The notes beneath the pieces were generated by a model, which had not been told where the DNA came from, made no database searches, and saw only the letters and a list, made by a program, of their open reading frames with translations. The translations under genes were made by a program, and so were the position numbers. Positions 12,560 to 27,149 of a DNA stretch of 64,000 nt are shown here, one piece after another. Source of the stretch: Isurus oxyrinchus (taxonomy: Eukaryota). How positions within the stretch are numbered: position 1 is the first letter of the stretch; every line of letters starts with the position of its first letter. The DNA lies in assembly GCA_026770705.1 (NCBI GenBank), contig JANJGN010000105.1:1364001-1428000 (forward strand). Reading direction: 5' to 3'.

Positions 12560-15500
12560 CCTATTGTCCAGCCTTGAAATCTCCAATTTCCCTATCATCT
12601 GTAAGCATGAATGCAGCTGCAATTAGACTTTCTCAAACAGTCGAATGCACTGAATGTGCTTTGCATGATGGCCGTTATAAGCTTCATCTGAAGAGTATTG
12701 CACGTCGGCTTCGAAACCTGTCCAGATATTTTAAAGGATTGTTGTTTGTATAAGCAATTACTTATTTTGAACTATTTGCAAATAAAGTTCAATAGCTTGC
12801 AACGCTAAGACCAGGCCTTGTGTCTCCTTTTCGATCATTGAACATATCCTTTGATGTGCATTTCAACTTTCTTGATTTTTATTTTCAGTTCCATATTCTT
12901 GCAACAGCAAAGCGCCATTGCCTGCATGAGTTGCGTCAACAGCCAACTTAAATTACTTGGCATTTTTGCCTACTGCCAAAATTGGTGTCGTAGTTGATAC
13001 AGTTTTTAATCTGTCACATGACTTCAGACTCTCATGTGTTCATTAAAACTGCATCTTCTCTTTTTCATCGGTCAGCTAATGGAGCAATCGTACACTTAAA
13101 ATGTGGTACAAACGTCCAGTTAAACCCATCATTACAGAAATCTTAGAACTTCTCATTTTGTTGTCGGAACGGGGAATCCCACATTGGCTTTGACATTCAC
13201 AGCTCTTTGAGCCACCATTAGAGGTCAAATGATATGTAACTTGTACTTTTGTAAATCCGCTTCGCCACCAAATTGGATTCTTAAAATGGTTTAAATAATT
13301 CTTCCAGTTGTATATGCTCTTCCGCGCCTGGCTGAAAAGTATCAAGCCATCAAAATCGATAGTCCAATTGCTTAGCCTTGCAAAGACTTTCTCAATGTTC
13401 GAAATGATGCTGGTGCATTTTTCATACCGAATGGAATGAATTAAACTGATGTAATCAACTTGGCAACACAAAAGAAGGCGATATCTCCTCTGCCTTCTCT
13501 GATAACTCTACTTGCCCATATGCTTCAGCCAGTCAGATTTTGTGATGAAGATTGATTGCTCCGATGCCTCAAAGCAATTTCCCAACTATGATACGGGATA
13601 GAAAACAACTTTTGTCACTACATTCAACTTGAAATAGTCCCCTCACAGTTCTGAGTTCCACCTGGTTGTGGTACCATCACAATATGCAAATCTAATTACA
13701 GCACTGAGAAAAAATAATGTAATTTTAAGAATGAATTCTGTTACTTTCTCTTCTTGTGATAACTTTGGTGGGTTTAATCTATCAGGAAGTTTATTTTATT
13801 GAAATTTACTCCCCTACACCAAAATTATGTGTAGCTAAATTTGGCCTCGTTATCTTTTCCTGTAGTAGCTTTGTGCGAGTGCAATACTTTCTCCATATCA
13901 TTTCAAAGCTTGTTTGGAAGATAACTCTGTTGTACCTTTACATTAGAAGTAACCCATATGAATAATTTGGTTCGATGAACTTTCAGAATGCTTCATTTAT
14001 AACTTTCTCTCTCTAAATCTACCACAACAATGCCTCAATTTGCTTCTCTTTGTCATAGTGATATTTTAGCATATTTGCATGACACACACACTGTGTCTTC
14101 CCTCCAGCTGGAGTACTAATTCAATAATTTATTTCACTCAGTATCCTGTCAATCCTGTAACGCCCGACAAACTTTCCTTTTAACAATTCACCCAGTACTG
14201 GTGACAAAACGTCAATTTTGCCTCAGTAAAAAATAAAATACAAGCAGTGGCTCTCCTCTCTACCTTTACTTTAATCACATGTTCTGCTGACTTTAAATGT
14301 TCCCTAGCTTGCTAGCATGCTGTGGTCAATATTTCGTTGAAGTTTGATGCATAATCATGGAGAGTATTTTCCGAATTTTGACCAACAAATTTCCGTTTAA
14401 TGAACTTTACTCCTACATTTACCTCTTGACCATAAACTAATTCGAACAGAATAAATCTAATAGATGCATGAGGAGCAACACTAGGAGCAATCAGCACGAG
14501 TGGAACACCCCTAACCCAATCCAAACTTGATGATAAGCCGTCATAGTTGTTTTTTAAATGCTGGTGCATTTTTTCCAAAGCCACTTATAATTTAGGATGA
14601 TAGGTTGTTGACCTTATTTTTTTTTTATCCCCAAGAAGGTCGTTACTTCTGACAACGGTTATGACATGAATTTTGACCGCTGATCGGATTGCATTTCTTT
14701 AGGTAAAGCATGTTTCTTGGAGAAAAATGTCACTTCCTCCAAAATTCGCTTCTGTAATGTTTCCCGAAGGTATCGCCTGTTCAATCCATGTTGACATATC
14801 CATTATTGTTAGCAAGAACAGATTTCCACTTTTCACCTTAGGGAGCTATCCTGCACAATCATCCATAACACTAGAAAAAAAGTTGCTGCAGTGATGGAAT
14901 TGGTGTTGAAGATGCCTGCTTGATCATTGCTTGTAGGTTGCCTATCACCTGCCATGTGTGACATGATCTATCGAATTTCATTACATCTCTATGCAATCCA
15001 GAACAATGGAAATATTTTTCTCTCTTCTGTGTATTTCTAATTCCTAAATTCGCCCTATTGGAATTCCCAGAGCTACTCTTAATGCCCAATTTATAATCCC
15101 AGCTGGTATACCAACCTGATGCACTTACATCCATTTTTTACCCGCCAGAACTTGATATGGTCACAATTTCTTTATTAACATATTGCCCTTTAGGTAGTAC
15201 CATTTTGGAATACATTCTCCCTCTGTTTCTGAGTGAGCTGTCTGATATAACTATGCCATTCGTGGATCTTTTAGTTGTGGCTCTACCAAATGGCTTAAAG
15301 TAAACACTTCAGCTTCATTATCTTCCATTATTTCTCCCTGAACAATGTTATCAGAGGTCGTGTCAGCTGATTGAGCTTTAGCATGTTTCTCCTGTCTTTA
15401 ACCTTGCTCTTCTTCCTGTTTCCACGTGTGAACTAGTGATCTTGTGAGTGCACAATCTGGAAACATTCCAAATGCTCTTTCTTCAACATTTCTGTTCAAT

Positions 15501-17600
15501 GCATAATACAGAATGCTCAAATAAAGTATGCTTCACCCATACCAGTTGCCCAGCTATATAATGATCTAAAATAAAGTGTACCTCCACAATGGAAAATTTT
15601 GCACTCCAACAATCTCCTCGTCTTTTACGGATACACTGTTTAAATTTAACTTCCGGCAGGGAAAAGGTTTAGCATCTCCACAGCCCCGCTTATTACCACT
15701 TGTTCCTGCAATGCTCCCCTTGAGATACAAATAACACTATGCAATATCAGTTCGTATTGACTATCTCCTGTGTCCCTTAAAATGTGAATATTTTGACCTG
15801 CTCCACGCTGCACACATGTAAAAACTAACCCTTCACATACAAAACGTTTAAACAGTACTGCAATAAGGAATTCAGAGCTCCCCCGGGGTAAATTGTTAAC
15901 ACACTCCTACTTCTTTATGCATCACTGATCCTTCCTGTTTTACCTGTACGCAAACCACTGTTTTTTTGTCCTATGTTTTTCTTCATGTGTCTGGACCACA
16001 AGAGCCACGGTACACTTAATTCCAGGATTTTTCTACATTCCAGTTATTGCAGCAGCTTTTCCCGTTAATCACCAGTGCATTGTCTTCGTATGCCCAAATT
16101 TGATACAATGAAGATAGCACAGTTTCCATAGGCTGCTTTCATACTCAGAACATTCCTTTTGTATTATGTGACAAAACTCCCTAGGAATTCCCGAATACAC
16201 CTTCTCTTCCCTTATTACTTGCATTCATTTCAGATTCTGACTTTCTGTGGTTCCTTGATTTTATAAAATCTTACGAAATAAAGGCTTATATCTATGAACT
16301 AACTGATAAACATCAGATATCTCTGTTGCTTGTTATAGTGCTTTAAGGCTTTGCTCCTTCACATGACTACTCCCGACTAATGGGACCGAATCTCAAAATT
16401 TTTCCGAAAGGATTATTTCCCTTAGAGACACCTATCTTGTCTTTACTTTTAATGCACTTATCCACAGATCAAAATAACTTTGCTTTACGATCTCAAACAC
16501 AATATAAGTTTGCTAAGAGCGTTTTTTTCTTGCGAAAGTTCTGCTTGTACCCCCCAGGAACCAATTCTTCTGCACTCAAAAAATCCTGTTTTACTGCAAC
16601 GTAATCCAATTAAATTCTTCTGACAGTGAAGTACAAACACCATGAGGTCTACCCAGTAATATATTCTGTAAAAGAAACGGACAATGTTCTTGTGGCCTTT
16701 AAATATTCTTAGCTATCCTTCGACATAAAATCAAGAGCGCCTCTACATCCCCGTCCTCAAAATTCGGAAGATTTTGCACGAATTTGAACCTCTCCCCAGT
16801 GGGTTTTAGTTTGAAGTTATTCTCATCATGGAAACATTCGTCAGCTCAGGTCTATGCTTTATAGTCCAGATGTTAAACTGGCATTCTCATTCTCCCTCCT
16901 TCTTCTTCTCCATTGCCCCCTTTTCTCTCTGAATGTCGAATTTTCACATTTTCATTTATCTTTTAAATACACTTTATGTTTCTCTTTCTTTCTCTGCCCC
17001 TTCTTTTTATATTACCTTCGGTCCCAGCTTTTTTTAAAAATGAATTTCCATTGCTGGTTCAAATTTATAATTATTCATTCGTAACATAAGTCTGACTTTC
17101 TCCAGCTTTGACTAGCTCGTGTCATGTATGAAATCCAACTTCAAATGCTGAGCCATACCTCGGCAATTTTCCACATAGCCAGGTAGATGTTGTTCTACTA
17201 CAACAGCTTGGCTCGGGGTGCTGCAAGTTCTGTTCCACAAGTAATCACGACTGTTGCTGGAATATTGTCAGGCTCATAGATTTTGCTCTATGCCATGTCT
17301 TCAGGAGTTTAACTTAAAATATACCTATTTGCTTTGTTGCTACCTATAGCCTCAACAGCAATGTATTCGACAATTCTGTTAACTTGCAATTTGGTATTTT
17401 TTCTAACGCCATCACAATTATAGTTTCTACTCCCAAAAAAGTTTTACTTATGGATGCAGCCATTGTGTGTAGTTTTATCTCGTTAAAATCAGTCCCCCAA
17501 CTACTGAATTCAAAATGCTTCTTGTAATCGTACACTTTCTATTCACCAACTCCAAACCAATCAAGGACCTTCAAATATTCGGCAAAAAAATCCTAATATT
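12560..17600 (-). mobile_element. Decayed Gypsy LTR retrotransposon internal region, Gmr1-like order gag-PR-IN-RT-RH
   Basis: gag start MAASISKTFLGVE (ATG 17463); SCAN-like gag (~16300-16700); zinc-knuckle relic (~16080-16120); protease ILRDTG (~15770-15790); integrase SCHTWQVIG, QSDQ, FELVYG (14300-15050); RT/connection FPVPTT..EVLRF (~13150); RNase H end (~12600-12730). Confidence 0.8.
17175..17310 (-). mobile_element. Short LINE fragment nested in the Gypsy gag
   Basis: agcttggct..gg.gctgcaagttctg...ggaatattgtcagg matches the Crack-like LINE family. Confidence 0.5.
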
Positions 17601-17620
17601 TTATGAAGTGACTGAAGATG

Positions 17621-18519
17621 TGTAACCGGCGGACCAAATCCACGATGGAATCTTGATCAAGCTATCAGAAATGAGTTACCATTTATATTTACTGCAAGCT
17701 GTGTGCACTGAATTCAAAAGTAATGGATCCACAAAGAATTTTGAGATGTAGAAAAAGATCAACCATTTCTAAGCAAGATACAAATGATTTCAAGCATGCA
17801 CGTCATAGGACAAAATGCTTTCCACGACAATAACTCCTCGAATTCCAGGATAGCAGGACTCCCAAATGTACTTCATTTAAGGCAGCAGTCCAAAACAAAA
17901 TTCAGAATTGAAATAGGAAACGCAAATTTGTCCAACAATAACGGGACAGTGCAATTCAAAATTAATCTTCCCCGACTTCCATTTCGTTATATAGCAGACT
18001 TATGAAAAAATTCTGGAGATTTCGTTATGTCTATTTCACTCAGTCCTGTTGGAATTTTCATTGTCACCCAACGCATAACCTTTCGTTCACCTGTATATAT
18101 GTTCGGATCATATAAATATGTAGAATTTGTTGTTCCATATGTCATTGAATTTCTGTATTCCTTATAATATTAAAACATTTATATTGCCAACATATATTTT
18201 CAGCAATGTCGGCAAAAATTAAACACATTCACTTGCATTGATTACCTCCGTAATTTTAAACAGACTAACATCCTTTTAAAATCATTTAACCCTTAATTTA
18301 TCTAAAAATGCAAATTCCCTTTATACCTTACATGCTAATGCAGCGTCAATGGTTACTCCTTAGTTATGAAGCAACTGCTTCTTTTGATGTTTTAAAGCCT
18401 GTAACCTGTTTGATTACAATTGTAATTAATTAACACAGAAAACGATCTATATTTACCCGTATAAATGTACTGTACAATAAAGGAGAAAACAATTATGAAA
18501 AATATATAATTTCATCGCA
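17621..18519 (-). mobile_element. Probable 5' LTR of the Gypsy element
   Basis: AT-rich ~0.9 kb block with TG...CA-like ends directly upstream of gag; similar in style to 24015-24885 and 33756-34517. Confidence 0.5.
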
Positions 18520-19249
18520 AATCAAATTGGGTATGAATGCCAAATCTACCGACCCAAGCAAGTCAATTTAATTCTGAATCAGATACTGAGAGATGGATTC
18601 TGATAAATGTCTGCAGCAGTATAAAAGAACTGTAGTTGAAAGCAAGCAAGGAAAATTAAAAAGGCAACAGAGGACATGGCAATGTCACCGATAAAGTTCA
18701 AACATAACTGGCACATGCATTGCAATTACGAGAAAAAAAAATAGTGGACGATTGTTGAAAACGAAGGGCCTGACAGACACTAAACAGGTGGCTAGTGCAC
18801 AGAAATTTAAATTTAGACATGCCTCGTAATGAAACATTTGTGAACAGACGAATGAGGACCCGAATGCAATATCCAACGTGGTGGGGTGGTGGCGGGGAGG
18901 GGGGGGGGGGGGGGATGAGGCCTTAAGAGCACTAACTACCACCTTGCAGATATGGTAAAAACAAAACCATGTGGAGGTAAGGACCACACATAAACGCGTG
19001 CGATAAAGGACATCAAGGCAAATTAGAAATTCTTTCCAATCCATTCCTTTCAGAGGCTCCAGAATGGAGCAGTCGCATTCATAGAGAAATCAAAGTGTGA
19101 CATCACACATTTATTCATTTTCAGAACTGATGTGCTTTGTGAGAAATTGCAAGGACACGATAGTTACAGTAATGCTTACAAATGTCATTGAAGCAGTGTT
19201 CATTACTTACAAATTAATTAAGAAATTATTTATTATACAAAATAAAGAA

Positions 19250-19775
19250 AGCATGGCAGGTTCTATGTTGCGACTGCAGAATATGTGATTTTCCAGTAAA
19301 CGGAGTGACCCAGGGCGTTATTGCCTGTACTGTCTGCCTAAATCTCGAGGCAATTGGACGCACTGTCAGTGACCTGGAAGTCGACCTGCAAACACTGCTA
19401 TGCTACATGGAAAGGAATATTTACTTGGATGGTGGGACTTTCCAAACCCGTTGTAAAGGAGCCCGCCACAGGGAATCTAGCGGCGGATGATCCGGCCTGC
19501 TGGTGGTGCAGGATAATCCTGCCATATTTACAAGCAGTCAGTCGCACAATTTGGGATAGAGTCTTCTGATTGGATCAGTGGCAAGGGCAGGAGGATATGA
19601 CTGCAAGTGATGCTGGTGTGGTGACCAAGAAGTTTGAAGTGTTGGAGCCTCAGCTTTTCAATTGTCCAAGAGTTTCGATGCTCTTGCAGCCTATATGGAT
19701 GGGTATAGTGGATTCAGGATGGGGGAATAAATTGAGCATCGTACACAAAGTTATTCAAGCGAGAACAGAAAAACA
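19250..19775 (+). mobile_element. CR1 ORF1 5' fragment interrupted by a small MITE-like insert (~19431-19523)
   Basis: C..C.L..L...V.DLE.DLQTL pattern; insert has inverted ends gggactttcc...ggataatcctgcc. Confidence 0.55.
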
Positions 19776-19779
19776 TACA

Positions 19780-20940
19780 AACATTCTGAATATGAGCACA
19801 GGTTGGCCGTTCACCGTATTGAGCCTGCTCTACAGTTCAATAAAATCATGGCTGATATGTTTATGTTTCGTTATCTACATTCTAACCAATAGCGACAATG
19901 TTTGATTTATTTTCTTAACTTGGAGCCATCTACCTCTGCTATAGCAGGTACAATGAATTCGCTTCCACCAGAGTCTGGGAGAATGGAAATCTCCTCATCT
20001 CTGTCCAAAAAAGTCGGTACAATGATTAAAAAGTCCCCAAGTTCTGGATTCAATGACAAGTGGAATCATCTTTTCTACGTCGACATTTTCTCAATGGTTC
20101 AGGATATCAAATTCTTCAAACGAGTCACCAATCACTCTTCAAATCTCCAGTAGAAACAGGCCCGGACTGTCGAGCTTTTCCTCGTTTGAAAACTCGCACA
20201 TTCCAGGCATCAATCCAGTGACCCCCTTCTGAAACGTTACCAATTCATGTACATCCTTCCTGAAACAAGGAGACCAAATTTGCAAGCAATCCTTGAGGTG
20301 CGGTCTCACCAATGCCATATTGAACTGAGGAATAACATTATTGCTCGCATGCTGTATTCCTCTCATAACATGGCACATCATTCCATGAGCTCTCTTATTT
20401 AGTTGTTGTACCTGCATGCTAATCTCCTCCTACACAAGCATGAGAACACGTAGACTCCTCTGCACTCAGAATGCTGCAGCCGGACAACTTCGCATTTTCC
20501 CACATGCGATGGTACACTGCTGTTGTCGCTGGGCCAATAATGCATAAAAAAGGAATATGCTCTGGGGACCAGTGTTCGAATTCCATCCATACCTATGCTG
20601 CGATGGCGAGCGACGTCCATCTCCCATGAATGAATATAAAACACTCTTTCTGCCACATTTTTGGCCAGTTACTCAACCTATATATAATCTGTCAAATTTA
20701 GGTACCACACCTTCACTCGCCACATCCATGTCATTGATGAGCACTGTAAAGGGTAAGGCTCCAGCATTAACGCCTGCTGCAATCCACTCGTCACATCTGG
20801 TTTGTCAGAAAAAAAAAACGAAAATTCGATGCATAATACTTTGTTTTTTCCGGGTAGAACAACCTAGTATGGAGACTAATATGTTAACGCTATGCCATGA
20901 ACTTATACATTTCGTTATTTCCTTTGATGTGGCATCTTAG
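19780..20940 (-). mobile_element. Decayed CR1 ORF2 3' portion
   Basis: ALVRPHLKDCLQIWSPCFRKD, KCEVV. Confidence 0.75.
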
Positions 20941-22026
20941 ATGTGGTAATGCGGAATTTGATGGACAGAGTGTGCCACGAATGGGGAAGGTCCATTTCCT
21001 TATGATAAGGCTTGAAGTTACAAAAACATGAAATAAAAGCTCTGTGTCCAAATTCACAATGCGTTCATAAACAAACAAAAATATTGGCAGCACAAATAGA
21101 CATAAACATCCATAATCTTACAGCCATTACAGAAAAGTGGTAGCTGTATCTTTCGAGAAGTCTTTACCTGAAACTAGATATCACGAGCGTTTTGCCAAGG
21201 CATATACTTTGGCCATTGGAAGGAGCTTTATATTAAATCGTGTGGACAATGGGTCAGATTTTGGAAGATGTGATAAAACAAGTAGAGAAGCCAAGGCAAA
21301 ATGACACGGTCGTGAGAAGGAAATGATGATCAGGACATGACGTTCATAAAAAAAGCAGAGAATTGACATTAAAAATCGAATTCCATATGTGTGTTCTGGC
21401 AGCCATTACAGAGGCATTGGCTGCAGGATGGCAACGAACAGGGGCTTAATATTTAATGTTACTTTGCAATTTGGAAGGCCAAGAAGCTTGGCAGAATTGG
21501 ATGGAGGCCCTGTAAATTAAGGAAAAAGTTGATGCAACATGAATTATACTTTTGCATGAATGGTAGGACCTGTGGAATAGAGGGCTTGGATGATCTGCAC
21601 ACTCCTCCCATGCGATGCAAAATATATTCAATATGCACAAAGTTTGCTAATGCCCATCAGTAGCAAAGGACATCCCCCGACCTAAGCTAGCCTGGTCTCC
21701 TTGTCACTCCCAACGCCTGGCAGTGTGCTTCACTCTTTACTGTCCCCTCGCAAGTCATTCGATTGAATTAAACTCCAACAGAATGGACTGTCGTGGTTCA
21801 GGAAGGCTGTTCATCAATAGTTTGTCAATGGCAATTAGAGATGCGCAAACAATTGCTGAACTTAGCAACGATGACCTCGAAAGAATTCTAAAGAAATTTA
21901 AGGAAACACAAGGTGCTAATCTGTGCGAGGTTTCCTTGTTGTTGTTTGCAGTGGTTTTACGAGACTTCATGGGGTCCAAGATACAATTTTGTGTACTCCA
22001 AAGCTAACTTTTTGTTTAATGCACCC

Positions 22027-22184
22027 NNNNNNNNNNNNNNNNNNNNNNNNNNNNNNNNNNNNNNNNNNNNNNNNNNNNNNNNNNNNNNNNNNNNNNNNNN
22101 NNNNNNNNNNNNNNNNNNNNNNNNNNNNNNNNNNNNNNNNNNNNNNNNNNNNNNNNNNNNNNNNNNNNNNNNNNNNNNNNNNNN
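22027..22184. other. Assembly gap (158 N)
   Basis: Direct observation. Confidence 1.
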
Positions 22185-22409
22185 TGGTGTTGTTGGCCCT
22201 GCTGGCGGAGCAGGACATGGTCTGCAATGGTTTCTAGAATATTGCAACGATTCAGTGTGTATGACTATGTCAGCCTTTTGCTTGATCAGTTTGTCTGATT
22301 GTTCAACCATTCTTATCGTGGAAACATTCTCGTGAGTCTTTTTTGCATTCATGTCTTGGTAATATCATCCACGAACGAACATTGCAAGTTTCAAGAGATG
22401 GAGGGACAT

Positions 22410-22990
22410 CACAGAACACGACAGCTTGGAACTCTGCAGTCGTTCTCTGTGTAATTAATAATTTGTTTCTTATTATTATTTTCCCTACCAAAGTGAACAA
22501 CTTCATATCTTCCAATATTATTATCCATCTGTAGGTTTTTGCCCAATCACTCAATCCATATATTTTTATTTGCATGTTCCTTTTGCAATCTTCAGAACTT
22601 TCCCAACTTTATTTGTGCCAACTGAAAAATTATCTATCATGACTTAAATCTCCTCATCTAAGCGATTGATATAAATTGTAAAAAATCATGATCCCAGCAC
22701 CTATCCCTATCCAGTCGTATTTCCTGCCAATCAGACAAAGACCCACATATGCATACTCTCTGTTTTCTGTCAGCCAGCCAGCCTTCTCTCCATGTCAATA
22801 TCTTACCCCTATACCATGAACATTTATTTTCTGCAATAACCTTCGATGTGGCAGCTTGTCTAAGGCCTTTTGAAAATCCAGGTATATAAAGCATACGTGC
22901 TCCTCTTCATCCATAACACATGCTTATCCTTCAAAAAACTCTAATAACTTGGTTAAACATGATTTCCCTTTCGAAAAACCATGCTGAGTC
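22410..22990 (-). mobile_element. CR1 RT fragment
   Basis: ILTWREGWLADRKQRVCICG, QHGFSKGKSCLT. Confidence 0.8.
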
Positions 22991-24014
22991 TTGCTTTCGC
23001 ATGAGGCTAGTGAACACGTGTTATATCATCTCTACCGGATGCGTTTCCTCTTTCAGATAGGGACTCCATACTGACAATTATTCATTTTGTTCATGTCCCT
23101 TACAACAAATATTGTCCAGAAGAAAGAGCAAGATGCCGATGTGAACATCCTGCAACTCCATCTCTCACTGCACTCTGAGTGCACCTACACCACATGGACT
23201 TTAGCAGTTCAAGAAGGCAGCACATCACCAAGTTCTCTAGCGTAATTTAGGAGCAGCTGTAAATGCTGGCCTAGCCAGCGATGCTCACATCCCATAAATG
23301 AAAAATAAATCATACCGACGTGGCGTGCAAAATGAGCAATAGGATTGTGGTTATTATTTTTTTAACACAGGCAGTACTGGATGCATGTAATAGAGCACCC
23401 AGCAGAGTCATGAAATACATCAAAGAAAGCGAAAAGGACATCAACAAGTGAACTGGTCGGTTAGATTGTATTTGCAATGTTCGCTGAAGTTAAAAAAAGT
23501 GCATTTTACAAAAAAAAAGCCATAAACTGTTTGATCATATTTACCGCTGAATTTCAATTCCCATCAGAGCAGGTGGAAGAAAATGTTTGTCAAGTGAGAA
23601 AGAGCCTTTTGTGTGTCATGAACATTCAGAACATCCACGCGATGCAAACGCCTAATTTCCGGGCATTGGGTGAAAGAAAATGTTCATGGAGACAGCAAAA
23701 AGTAAAATTACACAGAACGTGGCTCCACGAGGAGTAAAAAAGCCTCGTATTTCCTCTTCAAATGGAGACCTCTCCTTTTTCTACACTGTCCCCTACTCCA
23801 TCCAATCATGTCCCTTCGGGACCGGGTATGATTCAGTAAGGTCTCCTTGCTTTCTTCTCAACTCCAATGGAAACAGGACCAAACTGCATAAATAAGTTAG
23901 ACCCGTCATCCTCGGAAAGAATTGACTGACCTTTCTCTGCAAAGCTTCTTATGCATTTGGTATGACAGGTGATGTATGCCAGGTGGACCAAATGCACAAG
24001 GGAAACTTGGCCAT

Positions 24015-24885
24015 TTATCACAAAATTTCAGGCAATTTGTATTTTTTCCGAGAAGGCTTTTGCACTGAACTCCGAGGCATTGAATCCAATAACACCTTAA
24101 GGGATTTTTAATTATCGTAAAACATTTATTAACAGAAGGAAAAAAAACGATAAATACACACAATATTAAAGTTACACGGTTATTTAGGCGTAGTATTTAC
24201 CAAAATTCTTAGTTAAACAGGTTGCCAACTCCACTCCCCCTATAAGGCAGCAGTCTAAAATAGATTTGAAAATACAAAATCAATGATGCAAAGGTACCAC
24301 ACCAAATACTCGACATTGGATTACCAAAGCCTTGCAACGCAACTCTTTGTATTTGTATAAATAGCAAACGTCTGCTAAAGTGGCTGTTCCCCAAGGACTG
24401 CTTCACATGGTGTACCTTTCAATGTGACATGGCAACGCTCTCTATACAGTCTTTCATCCGTTTGTATATACGTTTCTCTCATTCTAATCTCTAAATTCCA
24501 TTGTTCTACAGGACTTTGAAAGTTTAATTTTCTCGTTTTGTAAAAATAATTCAGAAAGTCAATAAAGCCTGTTTATTTTTAGGAAAAATAAACATAATAA
24601 CCTTGCCCTGTTTATCTTGTTAGTTGCAAAAATGCAAATGTATCCATTTGAAACCCAACCACCTTCCACTTATCTGAAAATGCAAATTTCCTTCACACCC
24701 TGCACCTCATCCAGATTTACTTATTAGCATTTCAGATGCCTTCCTGCTCTTACATTATTTCGATAATTTCAAACCTGCAGTCTATCTGACTCTAATTAAA
24801 TTACTTCATTCACTGAGGCAGGAACATCCACATTCACACATATAAACCGACAATAGTATTACGAGAAATATTATCGTTTCATGAC
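24015..24885. mobile_element. Solo LTR-like relic
   Basis: Shares cccc..taaggca.ca.tc.aaaatagattt with 11950-12110; end resembles tcatgaca. Confidence 0.4.
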
Positions 24886-27075
24886 GATTTTTAAAAAATA
24901 TGTTGGCCAACACTGTACACAGTTTTCCAGATGTTTGCTCACTAATCTTATGTACAGCTGCACTAAAACTTCCATTCTCCCTCAATAAAAGCCACCATTT
25001 AATTTGCCTTCCTAATCACTTGCTGGACCTTGTATGCAAGCTACGTTAATGATTTATGTACTAGGACCTCTGGTGCGGATATGGTCAGTTGAGGAAACTA
25101 TTTCCGCTTGCTTGGAATTTGGGAATAAGGAACACAGGTACATCAAATAGACAGATTTCAACATTGAAATTAGGAAGCAATAGAGACAGAAAGGGTGCTG
25201 GAAGTTCAGAGCTCCGTTCTGTACATATTAATAAGTGGCTTTATTTTAAAGCTGCGATCGATAATGTTTTATTAGAAAATTTATTGACGTACATGGCAAA
25301 AGCAATTTGGCTCCCAATTTGCCACGATATCTTTAAATAATAGAACAGAACCTAGGGAATAAATGGCCTCGCCAAAATCAAAACTTATGGAAAAGTGGAT
25401 CATCTTTTGTCTCAGGACGCTTCAGCTCCTGAACTCAAAAATGAGTTCATCAATTTCAGTTCTTAATATCCTTCTTTATCTTCTTCCTTGTTTATTTCCT
25501 TTGCGGGCTTCGTTCGGTCTCCTTTATTTAATTGTTCCTATATGTTGCCTTTGGACGACTTCTATGCAGCTTTTCATAACCTCACTTAGACACATTTTTT
25601 TTTTTATTTGAAGACAGTGCATTTTCAACTGTATTGTAAGGGGATTTGAGTTCAAGAATTAATAAGTCTTGCTAAAAAACAAAGGACTTTGGTGACATCA
25701 TACCTTTAATATTATTTGCAGTCTTGATCTGCATCTTTAAGGAAAGATACCAGTGATTTGGAGACGGCACAGCGAATCTTCACTGATTGGTCCCCAGGAT
25801 GAGGGTACAGCCCTATGATGAGACACTGAGTACAATGGAGTAGCATTCTGGCTCTGCCACGTGGTTATTACATATGCTACTTTCTGGAACCACCAAAACA
25901 GCCACCCATCATGCTCCCGGCTTAATTTCCATGGCTATTGATCTGGCATGAGGCTCAACATTTATTTGCACTATCACTGTGCAGATTAAGTCATTCTCAG
26001 TTAGCTCGCAGAGACATGGTAATTTTATCTACATAAGTCCACTTAAGGGAAAACCTGGATTGTTCTATAAATTGAACATTCTCAGAAGTCAATAAGCAAT
26101 GGATTGATAAATGTTTGATCACAGCACTCAGAGCTAAAACCATCCCACCACTTGGCTGGTGCTATGAGATGTAATTTTAATAAATTACACCGCAGCCACA
26201 TGGAACAAATAGATGGATGCTGTCATTTAGTTTCCTGGTTTTATGTGGCGGGAGGGGAGGGGGGTTGCGGGAGCAGCTTCAGAGCTTAGTAATATTGTAT
26301 ATAAATTCCAACTGTTTACTGGAAAGATAGGAATATTTATAAAAGGGCTTGCACAGGAAAAAAGTACTCCTGTGTAAAACCTGTGCTCCATCCGCTTAAA
26401 GCGTGCCACCATCTTGCCAAAAGATATCCAGCTGTGCCGCCGCATCCGCAGGGAGCGACCCTAAAACTGGTTTCAGCACTATATCTAACAACGGCTCTTT
26501 TCAGAGCCACAAAATGGACAAAGGGAAGGGCTGTGATCTGTGACTGCTGAGACCAGCATTTCCCCACACCCTAATTGCTCTTTGCAACTGCGATTTTAAT
26601 AAGACCCAGTGCTTTGCTAGACCAATTCAGGGGGACAGTTTAGAGCTCTGTGTCTGGAGTCACATTTTGACCAATCCATGGTCGGAAGGAAAGACCTAGA
26701 ACCAGTGATCTGTGTTTGACTCCAGAAATGAGGTTGATCTTCAATTAATGGAGGGTGAGTCTGCTATCTGACCTACAATACAGCAACAGCATCTGCGGGA
26801 CCTGCCAGGACTTCACCTTTCCACAACAGGCACTATGTGAAGCAGTTTCCCAATTCGCAAAATCAATCCCTCTCCCTTTGTACCTCTCACTGGAATTTAT
26901 GTGACTTAATATCTCACCGAAAGAAATCGAATCTTCAAAGCTTTGAAAGCCCTTTGCAGATGAACGTTCTCAATTCGGACTTTCATACAGCCCAATAATA
27001 GATGAACAATAATGTTTGCAGCAAAGTAGTGGGATACAATTTGGAAGTTTACATTGCAAAGCTCTAGTCCGTGTT

Positions 27076-27149
27076 GGCGTTGTGACTTAGATGGTTAAAG
27101 CGCTTGTTTAATGAAAAAGCGATTCTGCTTTTAATTCTCAGATGCGTCT
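27076..27149 (+). pseudogene. tRNA-Thr(AGT)-derived pseudogene
   Basis: ggcgttgtgacttagatggttaaagcgcttgtttaatgaaa...gattctg aligns with vertebrate GGCGCCGTGGCTTAGTTGGTTAAAGCGCCTGTCTAGTAAACAGGAGATCCTGG; anticodon and B box damaged. Confidence 0.7.

Noticed and set aside
18880-18915. G-runs with quadruplex potential (also 9790-9855, 50115-50165)
   Set aside because: Simple homopolymer expansions within or near TE relics; no functional context
21913-22352. ORFs spanning the N gap
   Set aside because: Artefacts of ambiguous bases
23680-23760. APRGVKKPR resembling histone H3 tail (GGVKKPH)
   Set aside because: No flanking H3 similarity; likely chance
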